Positions 52,693 through 61,375 of a stretch of 64,000 bases of DNA are shown here, piece by piece (position 1 is the first letter of the stretch; every line of letters begins with the position of its first letter). This stretch comes from Synergistaceae bacterium (lineage in GTDB: Bacteria; Synergistota; Synergistia; Synergistales; Aminobacteriaceae). Location: positions 5 through 64,004 of the forward strand of contig JAISLU010000023.1 of assembly GCA_031277095.1 (NCBI GenBank), given 5' to 3'. A model generated the notes under the pieces. It made no database searches and was not told the origin of the DNA. It saw nothing but the letters and a program-made list of their open reading frames with translations. Made by a program: the position numbers and the translations under genes.

Positions 52693-53820
52693 ATGATGCT
52701 GAACGTCCCTGTCAACGAACCCCTATTCTCGGGGAATGAAAAAAAATATTTGAACGAATGTATTGACACCGGGTGGATTTCTTCCGAGGGACCTTTTGTG
52801 GGGCGTTTCGAAACGGGTATGGCCGACTTGTGTGGACGAAAGCACGGGATCGCGGTTTGCAACGGCAGTGTCGCGTTGGACGTTGCCTTGCAAGCTCTGG
52901 AATTACCCCCCAATTCCGAAGTCATCATGCCCTCTTTCACTATCATTTCCTGCGCCTCGGCAATTATAAGGGCAGGTTGTACACCTGTTTTGATCGACAG
53001 CGACGCTTTGACGTGGAATATGGATGTCTCTCAGGTCGAATCTAAAGTCACGTCGAAGACAAAGGCCATTATGGCCGTTCACCTCTATGGGTTGCCTGTA
53101 GAAATGCAACCTTTAATGGAGATTGCCGCTAAATACGATCTTAAAGTGATCGAGGACGCAGCGGAAGAAATCGGGCAGAAATGTGACGGGATACCCTGCG
53201 GCTCTTTCGGGAATGTCAGTTGTTTCAGCTTCTACCCCAACAAGCATGTGACGACGGGCGAGGGAGGCATGATTCTTTGCGACGATAATGAACTTTATGA
53301 GAAATGCCGTTCCTTACGAAATTTGTGTTTCATTCCCGAGCGCCGTTTCGTACATCGGGAATTAGGGTACAATTTTCGGATATCAAATATCCAAGCGGCC
53401 CTGGGCGTAGCGCAGCTCGAAAAAATCGAGGCGACTCTTAGAAAAAAGCGTTATATCGGTGCGCGATACCAAGAACTGTTGAACGGAGTAAAAGGATTGC
53501 AATTGCCTTTGCCTAAAACTGTTTACGCGGAAAATCTCTACTGGGTTTTTGGGATTCTTCTTGATGAATGTATTTCCGGTGACGCAAAGGAGTTCGAGAA
53601 GCGGCTGCAAGCAAGAGGCGTAGGGACACGCCCTTTCTTCTGGCCTATGCACGAACAGCCGGTATTTCAAAAGCAAGGTCTGTTTAGCGGAGAACATTAC
53701 CCTGTAGCGGAAAATTTGGCTAGAAAGGGTTTTTACATCCCTAGCGGACTTGCTTTGACGGACGAGCAGATAGAGTACGTTGCCGCTCAGGTAAAGGCCG
53801 TAGTCGAGGAGTTGAGCTGA
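52693..53820 (+). CDS. DegT/DnrJ/EryC1/StrS-family PLP-dependent sugar aminotransferase
   Basis: EKKYLNECIDTGWISSEGPFV, NGSVAL, FSFYPNKHVTTGEGGM (PLP lysine). Confidence 0.88.
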   Translation: MMLNVPVNEPLFSGNEKKYLNECIDTGWISSEGPFVGRFETGMADLCGRKHGIAVCNGSVALDVALQALELPPNSEVIMPSFTIISCASAIIRAGCTPVLIDSDALTWNMDVSQVESKVTSKTKAIMAVHLYGLPVEMQPLMEIAAKYDLKVIEDAAEEIGQKCDGIPCGSFGNVSCFSFYPNKHVTTGEGGMILCDDNELYEKCRSLRNLCFIPERRFVHRELGYNFRISNIQAALGVAQLEKIEATLRKKRYIGARYQELLNGVKGLQLPLPKTVYAENLYWVFGILLDECISGDAKEFEKRLQARGVGTRPFFWPMHEQPVFQKQGLFSGEHYPVAENLARKGFYIPSGLALTDEQIEYVAAQVKAVVEELS

Positions 53821-53821
53821 C

Positions 53822-54571
53822 ATGTCTGTGTTTGGCGATTACAGCAAATATTATGACCTCCTTTATCGAGACAAGGATTACGAAGCCGAAGCCCGATATG
53901 TCGATGCACTGATCAAAAAATACGGGCATAATGCGCGTTCTATGTTGGAGTTAGGCTGCGGGACAGGGCGTTATACAAGGGAATTTTCACGTCTGGGATA
54001 TGCGGTGCATGGCGTCGATTTCAGTGAAGATATGCTCACAGAAGCCAGGGAAAAAAGCGAAAACGTCGAAGGACTGCGTTTCTCATATGGAGACATGCGT
54101 TCCGTGCGTTTAGGTGAAAAATTCGATGTTGTCGCCGCCCTTTTTCACGTTCTCAGTTATCAAACGACCAATCAGGACGTACTTGACGCTTTTACAACAG
54201 TCAAGGAACATCTAGCGCCCGAGGGGATAGCTGTTTTGGACTTTTGGTACGGGCCTGCCGTATTGACTCAGCAGCCGGAGGTACGTATCAAGGAAGTGAG
54301 TAATGATAAACTCCAGATTACTCGAATTGCCCGTCCCGAGCTTTGCCCCAACGAAAACCTCGTTGAAGTCAATTACGATGCTTTTATTGACTTCAAAGCA
54401 GAGAATCGTATCGATAAAATCCGCGAATGCCATCATATGCGATATTTTTTTATATGTGATCTCGCTTTAATATGCAATATCATTCCCCTAGAAATTCTAT
54501 CTATTGAAGAATGGATGACGGGAAATGAGCCCAGTGTAAATTCTTGGGCGGTTGTTGCGGTTTTGCGCTAG
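53822..54571 (+). CDS. Class I SAM methyltransferase, TylM1/DesVI-like (candidate amino-sugar N-methyltransferase)
   Basis: YSKYYDLLYRDKDYEAEARYV...MLELGCGTGRYT...GVDFSEDML...GDMRSVRLGEKFDVV parallels the sugar N,N-dimethyltransferase layout. Confidence 0.65.
   Translation: MSVFGDYSKYYDLLYRDKDYEAEARYVDALIKKYGHNARSMLELGCGTGRYTREFSRLGYAVHGVDFSEDMLTEAREKSENVEGLRFSYGDMRSVRLGEKFDVVAALFHVLSYQTTNQDVLDAFTTVKEHLAPEGIAVLDFWYGPAVLTQQPEVRIKEVSNDKLQITRIARPELCPNENLVEVNYDAFIDFKAENRIDKIRECHHMRYFFICDLALICNIIPLEILSIEEWMTGNEPSVNSWAVVAVLR
54017..54298 (+). repeat. Copy 1 of a 282-bp direct repeat (about 97% identical to 55807-56089)
   Basis: Compared base by base: 7 differences, all third-position transitions. 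The last ~110 nt are identical. Confidence 0.9.
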
Positions 54572-54587
54572 CTCTGGGGTATTGTCA

Positions 54588-55787
54588 ATGAAATTAGGAG
54601 TATTTTTAGAACAAAATCTTAATGTAGGCGGAGGGTTTCAGCAGGCTTACTCCGTGTTGAAGCTGTTACAAAAAAAACCTCTGAAAAACATAAAATGTAT
54701 ATTTTTCGTTTTCACTCGTGAAAACGAAAAAATATTGCGCGATGAAGGAATAAATGCTGTATACATCGGTTTCAGTATTTTGCGTTTGCTGCATAGGATT
54801 AAAGCGAAATTTTTTAGAGTTGTATTTGGCCTTCTTCTGCCCTTTCAGGGGCATATAGATAAACTGCTTGATCAGTATGAGATTGATTTAGTTTATTTTT
54901 TGACACCGTCTCCGTACGCAATGGGTTTGAAACAACATAATTATATCGTTACTGTTTGGGATCAATGTCACCGAGATTGGATGGAATTTCCAGAGGTCTA
55001 CGCCGATTTCGAATTCGAACTGCGAGAATTTTTTTATCGACAGACGTTATTCAAGGCGGTGGCGGTGTTAGTGGATTCTGCTATAAGCAAACAGAAACTT
55101 CATGAGCGATACGGCGTAGATTTAGAGCGCATACAAATAGCCCCTTTTTTCCCATCGAAAGATGAGGATACAAGAGAACAGGAAGCAAAAACTGACATTG
55201 ATGTATGCAAAAAATATTCTATCAGCCTCCCTTTTCTCTTTTATCCAGCACAGTTGTGGACACACAAAAACCATATTTACATTTTAGACGCTTTAGCGTT
55301 ATTGCGGCATAATGGTCTTAAAATTGCGGCGGTTTTTGTAGGCAACGATTTCGGTAATAAATTTTTCTTGGCAGAGCAAACACGAGCTATGGGCTTGATA
55401 GATCAAGTGTATTTTCTAGGTTTTATACCGCGCCAAGAACTTATCGCATTCTATAAAAAAGCTTTAGCTCTCGTAATGCCGACATATTTTGGCCCAACCA
55501 ATATCCCTCCTCTAGAGGCTTTTTCTCTAAAATGCCCCGTCTGTTATCCTAATTTACCTGGGCTGCGTGAACAAGTTGCGGACGGAGCGTTTTTAATGGA
55601 TTTAGATGATCCAAAAAGCCTCTGTAATATTGTCAAAACACTCCTATTCGATAAAAACAAAGTGGAACAAAAACTTGCCGCCGGGGTTAAACAGTTGGAG
55701 CTTTATTCAGAAGAGAATTATCTAAATATATTGTGCCGTCTATTCAATACATATTCTCAACTTTTGCGTTGCCGCCGTCGAATTTGA
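54588..55787 (+). CDS. Glycosyltransferase family 1 (GT-B)
   Basis: The C-terminal half has FVGNDFGNK...YFLGFIPRQELIAFYKKALALVMPTYFGPTNIPPLEAF (E-x7-E-like region). ATG 54588. Confidence 0.75.
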   Translation: MKLGVFLEQNLNVGGGFQQAYSVLKLLQKKPLKNIKCIFFVFTRENEKILRDEGINAVYIGFSILRLLHRIKAKFFRVVFGLLLPFQGHIDKLLDQYEIDLVYFLTPSPYAMGLKQHNYIVTVWDQCHRDWMEFPEVYADFEFELREFFYRQTLFKAVAVLVDSAISKQKLHERYGVDLERIQIAPFFPSKDEDTREQEAKTDIDVCKKYSISLPFLFYPAQLWTHKNHIYILDALALLRHNGLKIAAVFVGNDFGNKFFLAEQTRAMGLIDQVYFLGFIPRQELIAFYKKALALVMPTYFGPTNIPPLEAFSLKCPVCYPNLPGLREQVADGAFLMDLDDPKSLCNIVKTLLFDKNKVEQKLAAGVKQLELYSEENYLNILCRLFNTYSQLLRCRRRI

Positions 55788-55795
55788 AAAATGAA

Positions 55796-56404
55796 ATGAC
55801 GACGGGCGATTTCAGTGAAGATATGCTCACAGAAGCCAGGGAAAAAAGCGAAAATGTCGAAGGACTGCGTTTCTCGTACGGAGATATGCGTTCCGTGCGT
55901 TTGGGTGAAAAATTCGATGTTGTCGCCGCCCTTTTTCACGTTCTCAGTTATCAAACGACCAATCAAGACGTACTCGACGCTTTTACAACAGTCAAGGAAC
56001 ATCTAGCGCCCGAGGGGATAGCTGTTTTGGACTTTTGGTACGGGCCTGCCGTATTGACTCAGCAGCCGGAGGTACGTATCAAGGAAGTGGACAACGAATC
56101 CGTCAAAATTCTCCGAATTGCCGAGCCAAAGATGTTTTATAACCAAAATGCAGTAGACGTGAATTATCATACTTTCATTTTCAATAAAATGACAATGCAA
56201 TGCCAAGAGTTAAAAGAGTCTCATCGTATGAGATTTTTTTCTCTTCCTGAACTGCACCTGATTTTAGATTCCCTTGAAATATCCATTCTTTTCACGGCAG
56301 AGTGGAAGACGGAAAACAACCCAGACAATACTTCTTGGTCAGCAGTGATTGTCTGCCAAAAAAACGAGTGTGGCTTCGAAGTGGCGGCCGGTCCGAGGCT
56401 GTGA
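55796..56404 (+). pseudogene. 5'-truncated paralogue of the 53822-54571 methyltransferase (lacks the GxGxG SAM motif)
   Basis: Begins MTTGDFSEDMLTEAREK... It is identical in protein to residues 66-159 of the upstream copy, then diverges (about 40% identity by eye). There is no N-terminal motif I. Confidence 0.55.
55807..56089 (+). repeat. Copy 2 of the 282-bp direct repeat
   Basis: See 54017-54298. Confidence 0.9.
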
Positions 56405-56437
56405 CACACCGTTTGTGACCCACTGTCCTTCATACCC

Positions 56438-57778
56438 ATGAAACGTTTCATTTCTCTTTTGCGAGAGCTGAAAAGCAGAGGGATCGAGGAAGCCTGGCTC
56501 GTGGGAGGTGTCGTCCGCGACTTTTTCCTGGGTCGCGAGCCGACAGATGTGGACATCGCCTGTGGAGAATCCGACGTCAACGCGGTTGTCGCCCGATTGG
56601 GCGGAGCGATTGTGGGGAAGCCGCCCTTCTGCACGGTCAGCACCTCCCTGCTGGGTTTTCCGGTGGAGATTTCCCTTTTGTCAGGCCCAGGCATCCCAAA
56701 AGACCTGGAGCGGCGAGACTTCACAATCAACGCTCTGGCGATGGACGCCGAAGGAAACATTATCGACCCCTTCGGCGGGGCGGGAGATATCCGCCGCCGA
56801 GTTTTGCGCCTGGTGCCCGCGCCCGCGTCGCCCTATGACGCCGACCCCGTCCGTGTGGTGAGGCTGCTGCGTTTCGCCTGCACCCTGGGCTTCGCCGTCG
56901 ATCCCGAAACCGAGGAAAGGACAAAGAGCTTTATTGCGGCGCACAAAGGGGAACTCGCGAATGTCGCCCAAGAGCGGTATGGGAAAGAGCTTCTGAAGGG
57001 TTTTGCGGAGCGCCCTCATTATTTTCTGTCGCTGCTGGAGGATTATTTCCTGCTGCCCGTGGTGCTTCCCCAGGTGGAAGCCATGCGGGGAGTGGAGCAG
57101 CCCGTTATCTTTCACCCCGAGGGCGACGTGCTGCGGCATACTTTCCGGGTGCTGGCGGAAGCTGAGAAAACAATGGAAAACACGGGACAGGACGTCGTTC
57201 TTGCGCTGGGAGCATTGCTTCACGACGTCGGCAAGCCGCAAAGCGCCCAGCCTCACCCTAAATACGAGCGCGTCTGCTTCTTCGGCCACCAGGAGGCGGG
57301 CGAGGAGATCGCCCTGGATCTGTTGAGCGGATGGGCGGTTCCGGGGAAAACCGCGTCCCAGGTTGCCGCCCTCGTAAAGCACCACATGATTCCCGGAGGA
57401 AATTTTACGAAACGCACCTGCGTCAAATTGATCCGCAAGCTGGGGCCGGAGCTTGCGGAGAAGCTCTTCGACCTCGCCCTCTGCGACGCCAGAGGGTCCA
57501 TGGGCAGCGGAGAAAATATCCAGGCGGCCAGAGAACTTTTCCTCGAAGTGCTGGATAACCTCCGGCAAGCACAAGAAGCGTCCGACAAGCGGTGGGTGAA
57601 CGGGCACGACGTCATGGAAATCCTGGGCATTCCCCCGGGGCCCGAAGTGGGGAGAGTGCTGGAGGAACTGGACGTGGCGGCCGGGACAGGACGGCTTCGC
57701 GGCAAAGACGAGGCCCTCGGATGGCTGAAGGAAAGGGCGAAAGGCGAGGGGAAAAGCGAAGTGAATAGAACGGGCTGA
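56438..57778 (+). CDS. cca: CCA-adding tRNA nucleotidyltransferase with an HD domain
   Basis: WLVGGVVRDFFLGREPTDVDIA, RRDFTINALA, and an HD region LLHDVGKP. GC returns to the backbone level. Confidence 0.85.
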   Translation: MKRFISLLRELKSRGIEEAWLVGGVVRDFFLGREPTDVDIACGESDVNAVVARLGGAIVGKPPFCTVSTSLLGFPVEISLLSGPGIPKDLERRDFTINALAMDAEGNIIDPFGGAGDIRRRVLRLVPAPASPYDADPVRVVRLLRFACTLGFAVDPETEERTKSFIAAHKGELANVAQERYGKELLKGFAERPHYFLSLLEDYFLLPVVLPQVEAMRGVEQPVIFHPEGDVLRHTFRVLAEAEKTMENTGQDVVLALGALLHDVGKPQSAQPHPKYERVCFFGHQEAGEEIALDLLSGWAVPGKTASQVAALVKHHMIPGGNFTKRTCVKLIRKLGPELAEKLFDLALCDARGSMGSGENIQAARELFLEVLDNLRQAQEASDKRWVNGHDVMEILGIPPGPEVGRVLEELDVAAGTGRLRGKDEALGWLKERAKGEGKSEVNRTG

Positions 57779-57780
57779 GA

Positions 57781-60219
57781 TTACTTGCCGCTTACGGTAT
57801 ACGCCGCGACGACGGCCTGGCCCGCGGAGACTCCTTCGTCGTTGGGGGAGAGGGTACGATGTACCAGAACGGCGAGACCGCGGTTTCGGAGTTCTCTGCA
57901 GGTCAAGTCCAGCAACAGCCGATTCTGCCACACCCCTCCCGAGAGGGCGGCGCACCCGATCCTCGTTTTTTCCCTCAAAAGAACGCACACATCCGCCACA
58001 GCCCGGGCCAGGCCGCCATGAAAAGCTGCCGCCAGCGCTCCAATTTTCCCAACTTCAGATTTCCCAATTCCAAAATTCTCAATGCCAAAATTTTCAGCGT
58101 CTTGTCTCCCTCCAGGAGGTTCGGGGTCGAGACAGTCCAGCAGCGACCTCACCGCGCCGCGCCAGTCCAAGCGAACAAAGCTCTCCTCCTCCTGCAGGGC
58201 GAAACTCAGGACGTCAGATTCTTTTAAAATTTCAGGTCTTTTCGCAACTACAGAGCTTTCCGCGGCGTTTTCCAGAGCTGCCGCCGCCTGTCCGTCGTAG
58301 GTAGCTACCGGGCAGAGGTTCAAAAGGGCGGAAAACCCGTCGAAGAGCCTACCGCAGGAAGTCGTGACGGGGGAAACCTCTACGGCGGCCAGGACGGGCC
58401 CGATCCGAGCCTCGAACTCGGGCCAGAGGGACGCGGCGATTTTTGCCGCCTCCTCCCCGCCCACCGCGCCGCCGAGAAGGGCCAGAGCGTAGCGCCAGGG
58501 CTCGTGAATGGCGTTTTCTCCACCCGGCAGCCGGCAGGGGAGGAGAGAGCCCATGCGCGTAAAGCCTCGGGCGTCGCCCACCAGAAATTCTCCGCCCCAA
58601 AGGGTACCGTCGTCGCCGTACCCCGTCCCGTCGAACACGACACCGATGACGGGATCGAAACGGCCATTGTCCAGCAGCACGGAGGCCAGGTGAGCGTGGT
58701 GGTGCTGGACGGGGCAGACGACGACCTTCTCCAGGTCGAGAAAACTCTTGGCCAGATCCGCCGCCGCGTAACCAGGATGCTTGTCCAGAGCCAGGACCTG
58801 GGGGTCGATGGCGTAGAGTCCCATAAAATGCCGTAGGGAATTTTTGTAGTAGACGGCCGTCCCCAGTTGTCCCAGGTCCCCGAGATACTGCCCCGGGAAA
58901 AGAACCCGGCCTCGTGTCAGGGTGTAGGTCGCCTTCATCTGTGCGCCGGCGGCCAGAATGTTCGGAGCATCCCGAGGCAAGGGGGGCAAAGTCATGGGGT
59001 TGGGCACATAACCTCGCCCCCGGCGCAAAAAAATCGGCAGCGACTCGTTACGTTTTTTTTCAGTCTCATCTTCCTTAGCGCCGGACTCCCCGGGCAGCAG
59101 AACGGAGTCGTCGACGGCCGTGTGGATGATCCGATTGTGGCAGAGAAAGAAATCCACAACGCCGGAAAGGGAGGAAAACGCCTCTTCGTCGGAGGACACG
59201 ATGGGCGCGTCTCCCAGGTTCCCGCTGGTCATGACCAGCGCCTCGAACTTCTCCATGATCAGGTGGTGCAAGGGGGTGTAGGGCAGCATGAGGCCCAATC
59301 TCCTCTGTCCCGGCGCGGTCAGGGGCGAAATAGGCGCGTCTTCTCTGGCGGGGCAGAGGACGATGGGGCGCTGCACTCCTGTCAGCAAGCCCTCCGCGTC
59401 CGGGGAGATCCAGGCGAGGGAGCGGGCCGCGGCCATATCTCGGACCATCAAGGCAAAGGGCTTGTCTGGCCTGTGTTTTCGGAGGCGCAGTTCCCCAAGA
59501 GGCGCGTCGTTGGGCAGGCAGGCGATGTGAAACCCGCCCACGCCCTTGATGGCAACGAGCTTCCCCTTCGAAATTTCGGAAATCAGCCTCCTTATCGCCT
59601 CCTCTTCCTGGCAGAGAAGCCGCCCCGCCGGGTCCCAGAGGCGCACCTTGGGCCCGCAGACGGGACAGGCGTTGGGCTGGGCGTGGTAACGCCGGTTGGC
59701 GGGGTCGAGGTACTCCCGTTCGCAGTCCGGGCACATGGGGAAATCCGCCATCGTCGTCAGAGGGCGATCGTAGGGAAGCGCCCGGATGAGAGTGTAGCGC
59801 GGCCCGCAGTGGGTGCAGTTGATGAAGGGATAACGATAGCGCCGGTTTCCAGGGTCGTTCATTTCGGCCAGGCAGTCTTCGCAGACGGCCAGATCGGCGG
59901 GGATCAGGGCGTGTCCGCCCCTCGCCCGCGCGTCGCCGGTGCTGCTGGAAAGGACGGAAAAATCCCCGAAGGTTCGCCGCGCCAGGGGAGCGCGCCGGAC
60001 ACGCACGTCCGTTACCGCCGCCGCCTGGGGATGTTCTTCCCATAGGACTCGCAGGTATTCGTCGATGACGGACGTCTCTCCCTCGACCAGCAGTTCCACT
60101 CCGCCCCAGGTGTTGCGCACCGTCCCAGTCAGCCCCAGGGCCTTTGCCTCCCGGGCGCAAAAAGGGCGGAACCCGACGCCCTGCACGATACCTGTGACCC
60201 ACAACTCGGCCCGCTCCAT
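57781..60219 (-). CDS. hypF: [NiFe]-hydrogenase maturation carbamoyltransferase
   Basis: Acylphosphatase N-terminus (VTGIVQGVGFRPF), two CxxC-x18-CxxC zinc fingers, and YrdC and Kae1-like domains. 812 aa. Confidence 0.9.
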   Translation of the reverse strand: MERAELWVTGIVQGVGFRPFCAREAKALGLTGTVRNTWGGVELLVEGETSVIDEYLRVLWEEHPQAAAVTDVRVRRAPLARRTFGDFSVLSSSTGDARARGGHALIPADLAVCEDCLAEMNDPGNRRYRYPFINCTHCGPRYTLIRALPYDRPLTTMADFPMCPDCEREYLDPANRRYHAQPNACPVCGPKVRLWDPAGRLLCQEEEAIRRLISEISKGKLVAIKGVGGFHIACLPNDAPLGELRLRKHRPDKPFALMVRDMAAARSLAWISPDAEGLLTGVQRPIVLCPAREDAPISPLTAPGQRRLGLMLPYTPLHHLIMEKFEALVMTSGNLGDAPIVSSDEEAFSSLSGVVDFFLCHNRIIHTAVDDSVLLPGESGAKEDETEKKRNESLPIFLRRGRGYVPNPMTLPPLPRDAPNILAAGAQMKATYTLTRGRVLFPGQYLGDLGQLGTAVYYKNSLRHFMGLYAIDPQVLALDKHPGYAAADLAKSFLDLEKVVVCPVQHHHAHLASVLLDNGRFDPVIGVVFDGTGYGDDGTLWGGEFLVGDARGFTRMGSLLPCRLPGGENAIHEPWRYALALLGGAVGGEEAAKIAASLWPEFEARIGPVLAAVEVSPVTTSCGRLFDGFSALLNLCPVATYDGQAAAALENAAESSVVAKRPEILKESDVLSFALQEEESFVRLDWRGAVRSLLDCLDPEPPGGRQDAENFGIENFGIGKSEVGKIGALAAAFHGGLARAVADVCVLLREKTRIGCAALSGGVWQNRLLLDLTCRELRNRGLAVLVHRTLSPNDEGVSAGQAVVAAYTVSGK
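58040..58099 (-). repeat. In-frame tandem array 15 nt x4 inside hypF (encodes AENFGIENFGIGKSEVGKIG)
   Basis: Plus strand: CCAATTTTCCCAACT TCAGATTTCCCAATT CCAAAATTCTCAATG CCAAAATTTTCAGCG. Confidence 0.85.
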
Positions 60220-60228
60220 GACGGGCGC

Positions 60229-61233
60229 TTATATTTCAGGCGAGAGGAGGGAGACGATGTCCTCGGGGCTGGAGCCGGCGAAAATCCTGCCCATTCCTTC
60301 CGGGTCCATTCCCTGCAGGGCCCGGACGATCCCCTCTTTCGTGTAGGGGCAGCCCACGATGCAGGACAGCAGGGGCGCGTAATCCCCGCTGCCGAAGTAG
60401 TCCCCTCGAAAGGAGCATTCGACCACCGTCCCCTCCTCCACCACCAGGAAGGCCTCGGCCCCGCCCCAAGGGAAGCGCCTTCTTTTGCGCTCCGTGAAAC
60501 GGGGGGACGCGCCGTAGTTCCACTCCCACGTGGAATATTTTTCCTTTTCGAGTTTTTCGACCTCCTCCAAAGCATCCCGCTCCAGCGTCAAGGGCGTCAG
60601 ACCCTGGATGCCGCGCTGCAGGCGCTCTTGAAATTCGGCGACGGGCAGAGGGGACGGCAAAAAGGGCATGATATTGCCTACCCTGCTGCGGACGGACTTG
60701 ACGGCCTTGCTCTGAAATTTGTCCTGGGACGGCCGCAGGGCCTGGGACAAAACCTCCAGGTCCACGTTGTAGAGCAGAGTCCCGTGATGGAGCGTGACCC
60801 CGCCCCTCCGGAACTGCGCGCCGCCCGACACCTTTTTCCCCTGTATGGCGAGGTCGTTGCGCCCCGAGGACTCGGCCGCGACCCCCAGCGCCGCCAAGGC
60901 CCGGATGATCGGTTCCGTGAAAAAGGCGAAGTCGAAGGCGGAGGAAAATTCTCCCGAGGAATCCGGCAGGACGAAGCTGTAGTTGATGTTCCCCAGATCG
61001 TGGTACACGGCGCCGCCCCCGGAATTTCGCCGCACCACGTGGATGCCGCGCTCCTCGACGAAGGCGGTGTCGATCTCCTCCAGAGTGTTCTGAAAACGCC
61101 CGACGATGATGGACGGTTCGTTCTGCCACAGCATGAAGAACCGCGATCCGTCTCTTGTGGCTCGGAGGCAAAGGTATTCCTCCAGCGCCAGATTGTACTG
61201 AGGTTTCGTATTCTTGTTCTCGACTACGTACAT
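60229..61233 (-). CDS. lplA: Lipoate--protein ligase
   Basis: NLALEEYL, WQNEPSIIVGRFQN, VVRRNSGGGAVYHDLGN and GKKVSGGAQ motifs. Confidence 0.88.
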   Translation of the reverse strand: MYVVENKNTKPQYNLALEEYLCLRATRDGSRFFMLWQNEPSIIVGRFQNTLEEIDTAFVEERGIHVVRRNSGGGAVYHDLGNINYSFVLPDSSGEFSSAFDFAFFTEPIIRALAALGVAAESSGRNDLAIQGKKVSGGAQFRRGGVTLHHGTLLYNVDLEVLSQALRPSQDKFQSKAVKSVRSRVGNIMPFLPSPLPVAEFQERLQRGIQGLTPLTLERDALEEVEKLEKEKYSTWEWNYGASPRFTERKRRRFPWGGAEAFLVVEEGTVVECSFRGDYFGSGDYAPLLSCIVGCPYTKEGIVRALQGMDPEGMGRIFAGSSPEDIVSLLSPEI

Positions 61234-61308
61234 GTTCGCACCCCCAGGAAATGTGGATCAGAAAAGTATATATCAGGAAGCACGGATCGAGAAAGGGGAT
61301 CAGGCAAG

Positions 61309-61368
61309 ATTGAATCGAGAAAAATTGAATCGAGAAAGGCTGGATCGGGAAAGATTTGGATGTCGGGG
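61309..61368. repeat. Non-coding tandem array 15 nt x4 between lplA and the AraC-family gene
   Basis: ATTGAATCGAGAAAA ATTGAATCGAGAAAG GCTGGATCGGGAAAG ATTTGGATGTCGGGG, with degenerate copies from 61282. Confidence 0.85.
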
Positions 61369-61375
61369 GCGGCAT

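Noticed and set aside
57781-60219. hypF as an indicator of a hydrogenase maturation operon in the window
   Set aside because: No hypA-E or hydrogenase structural genes flank it. The neighbours are cca and lplA.
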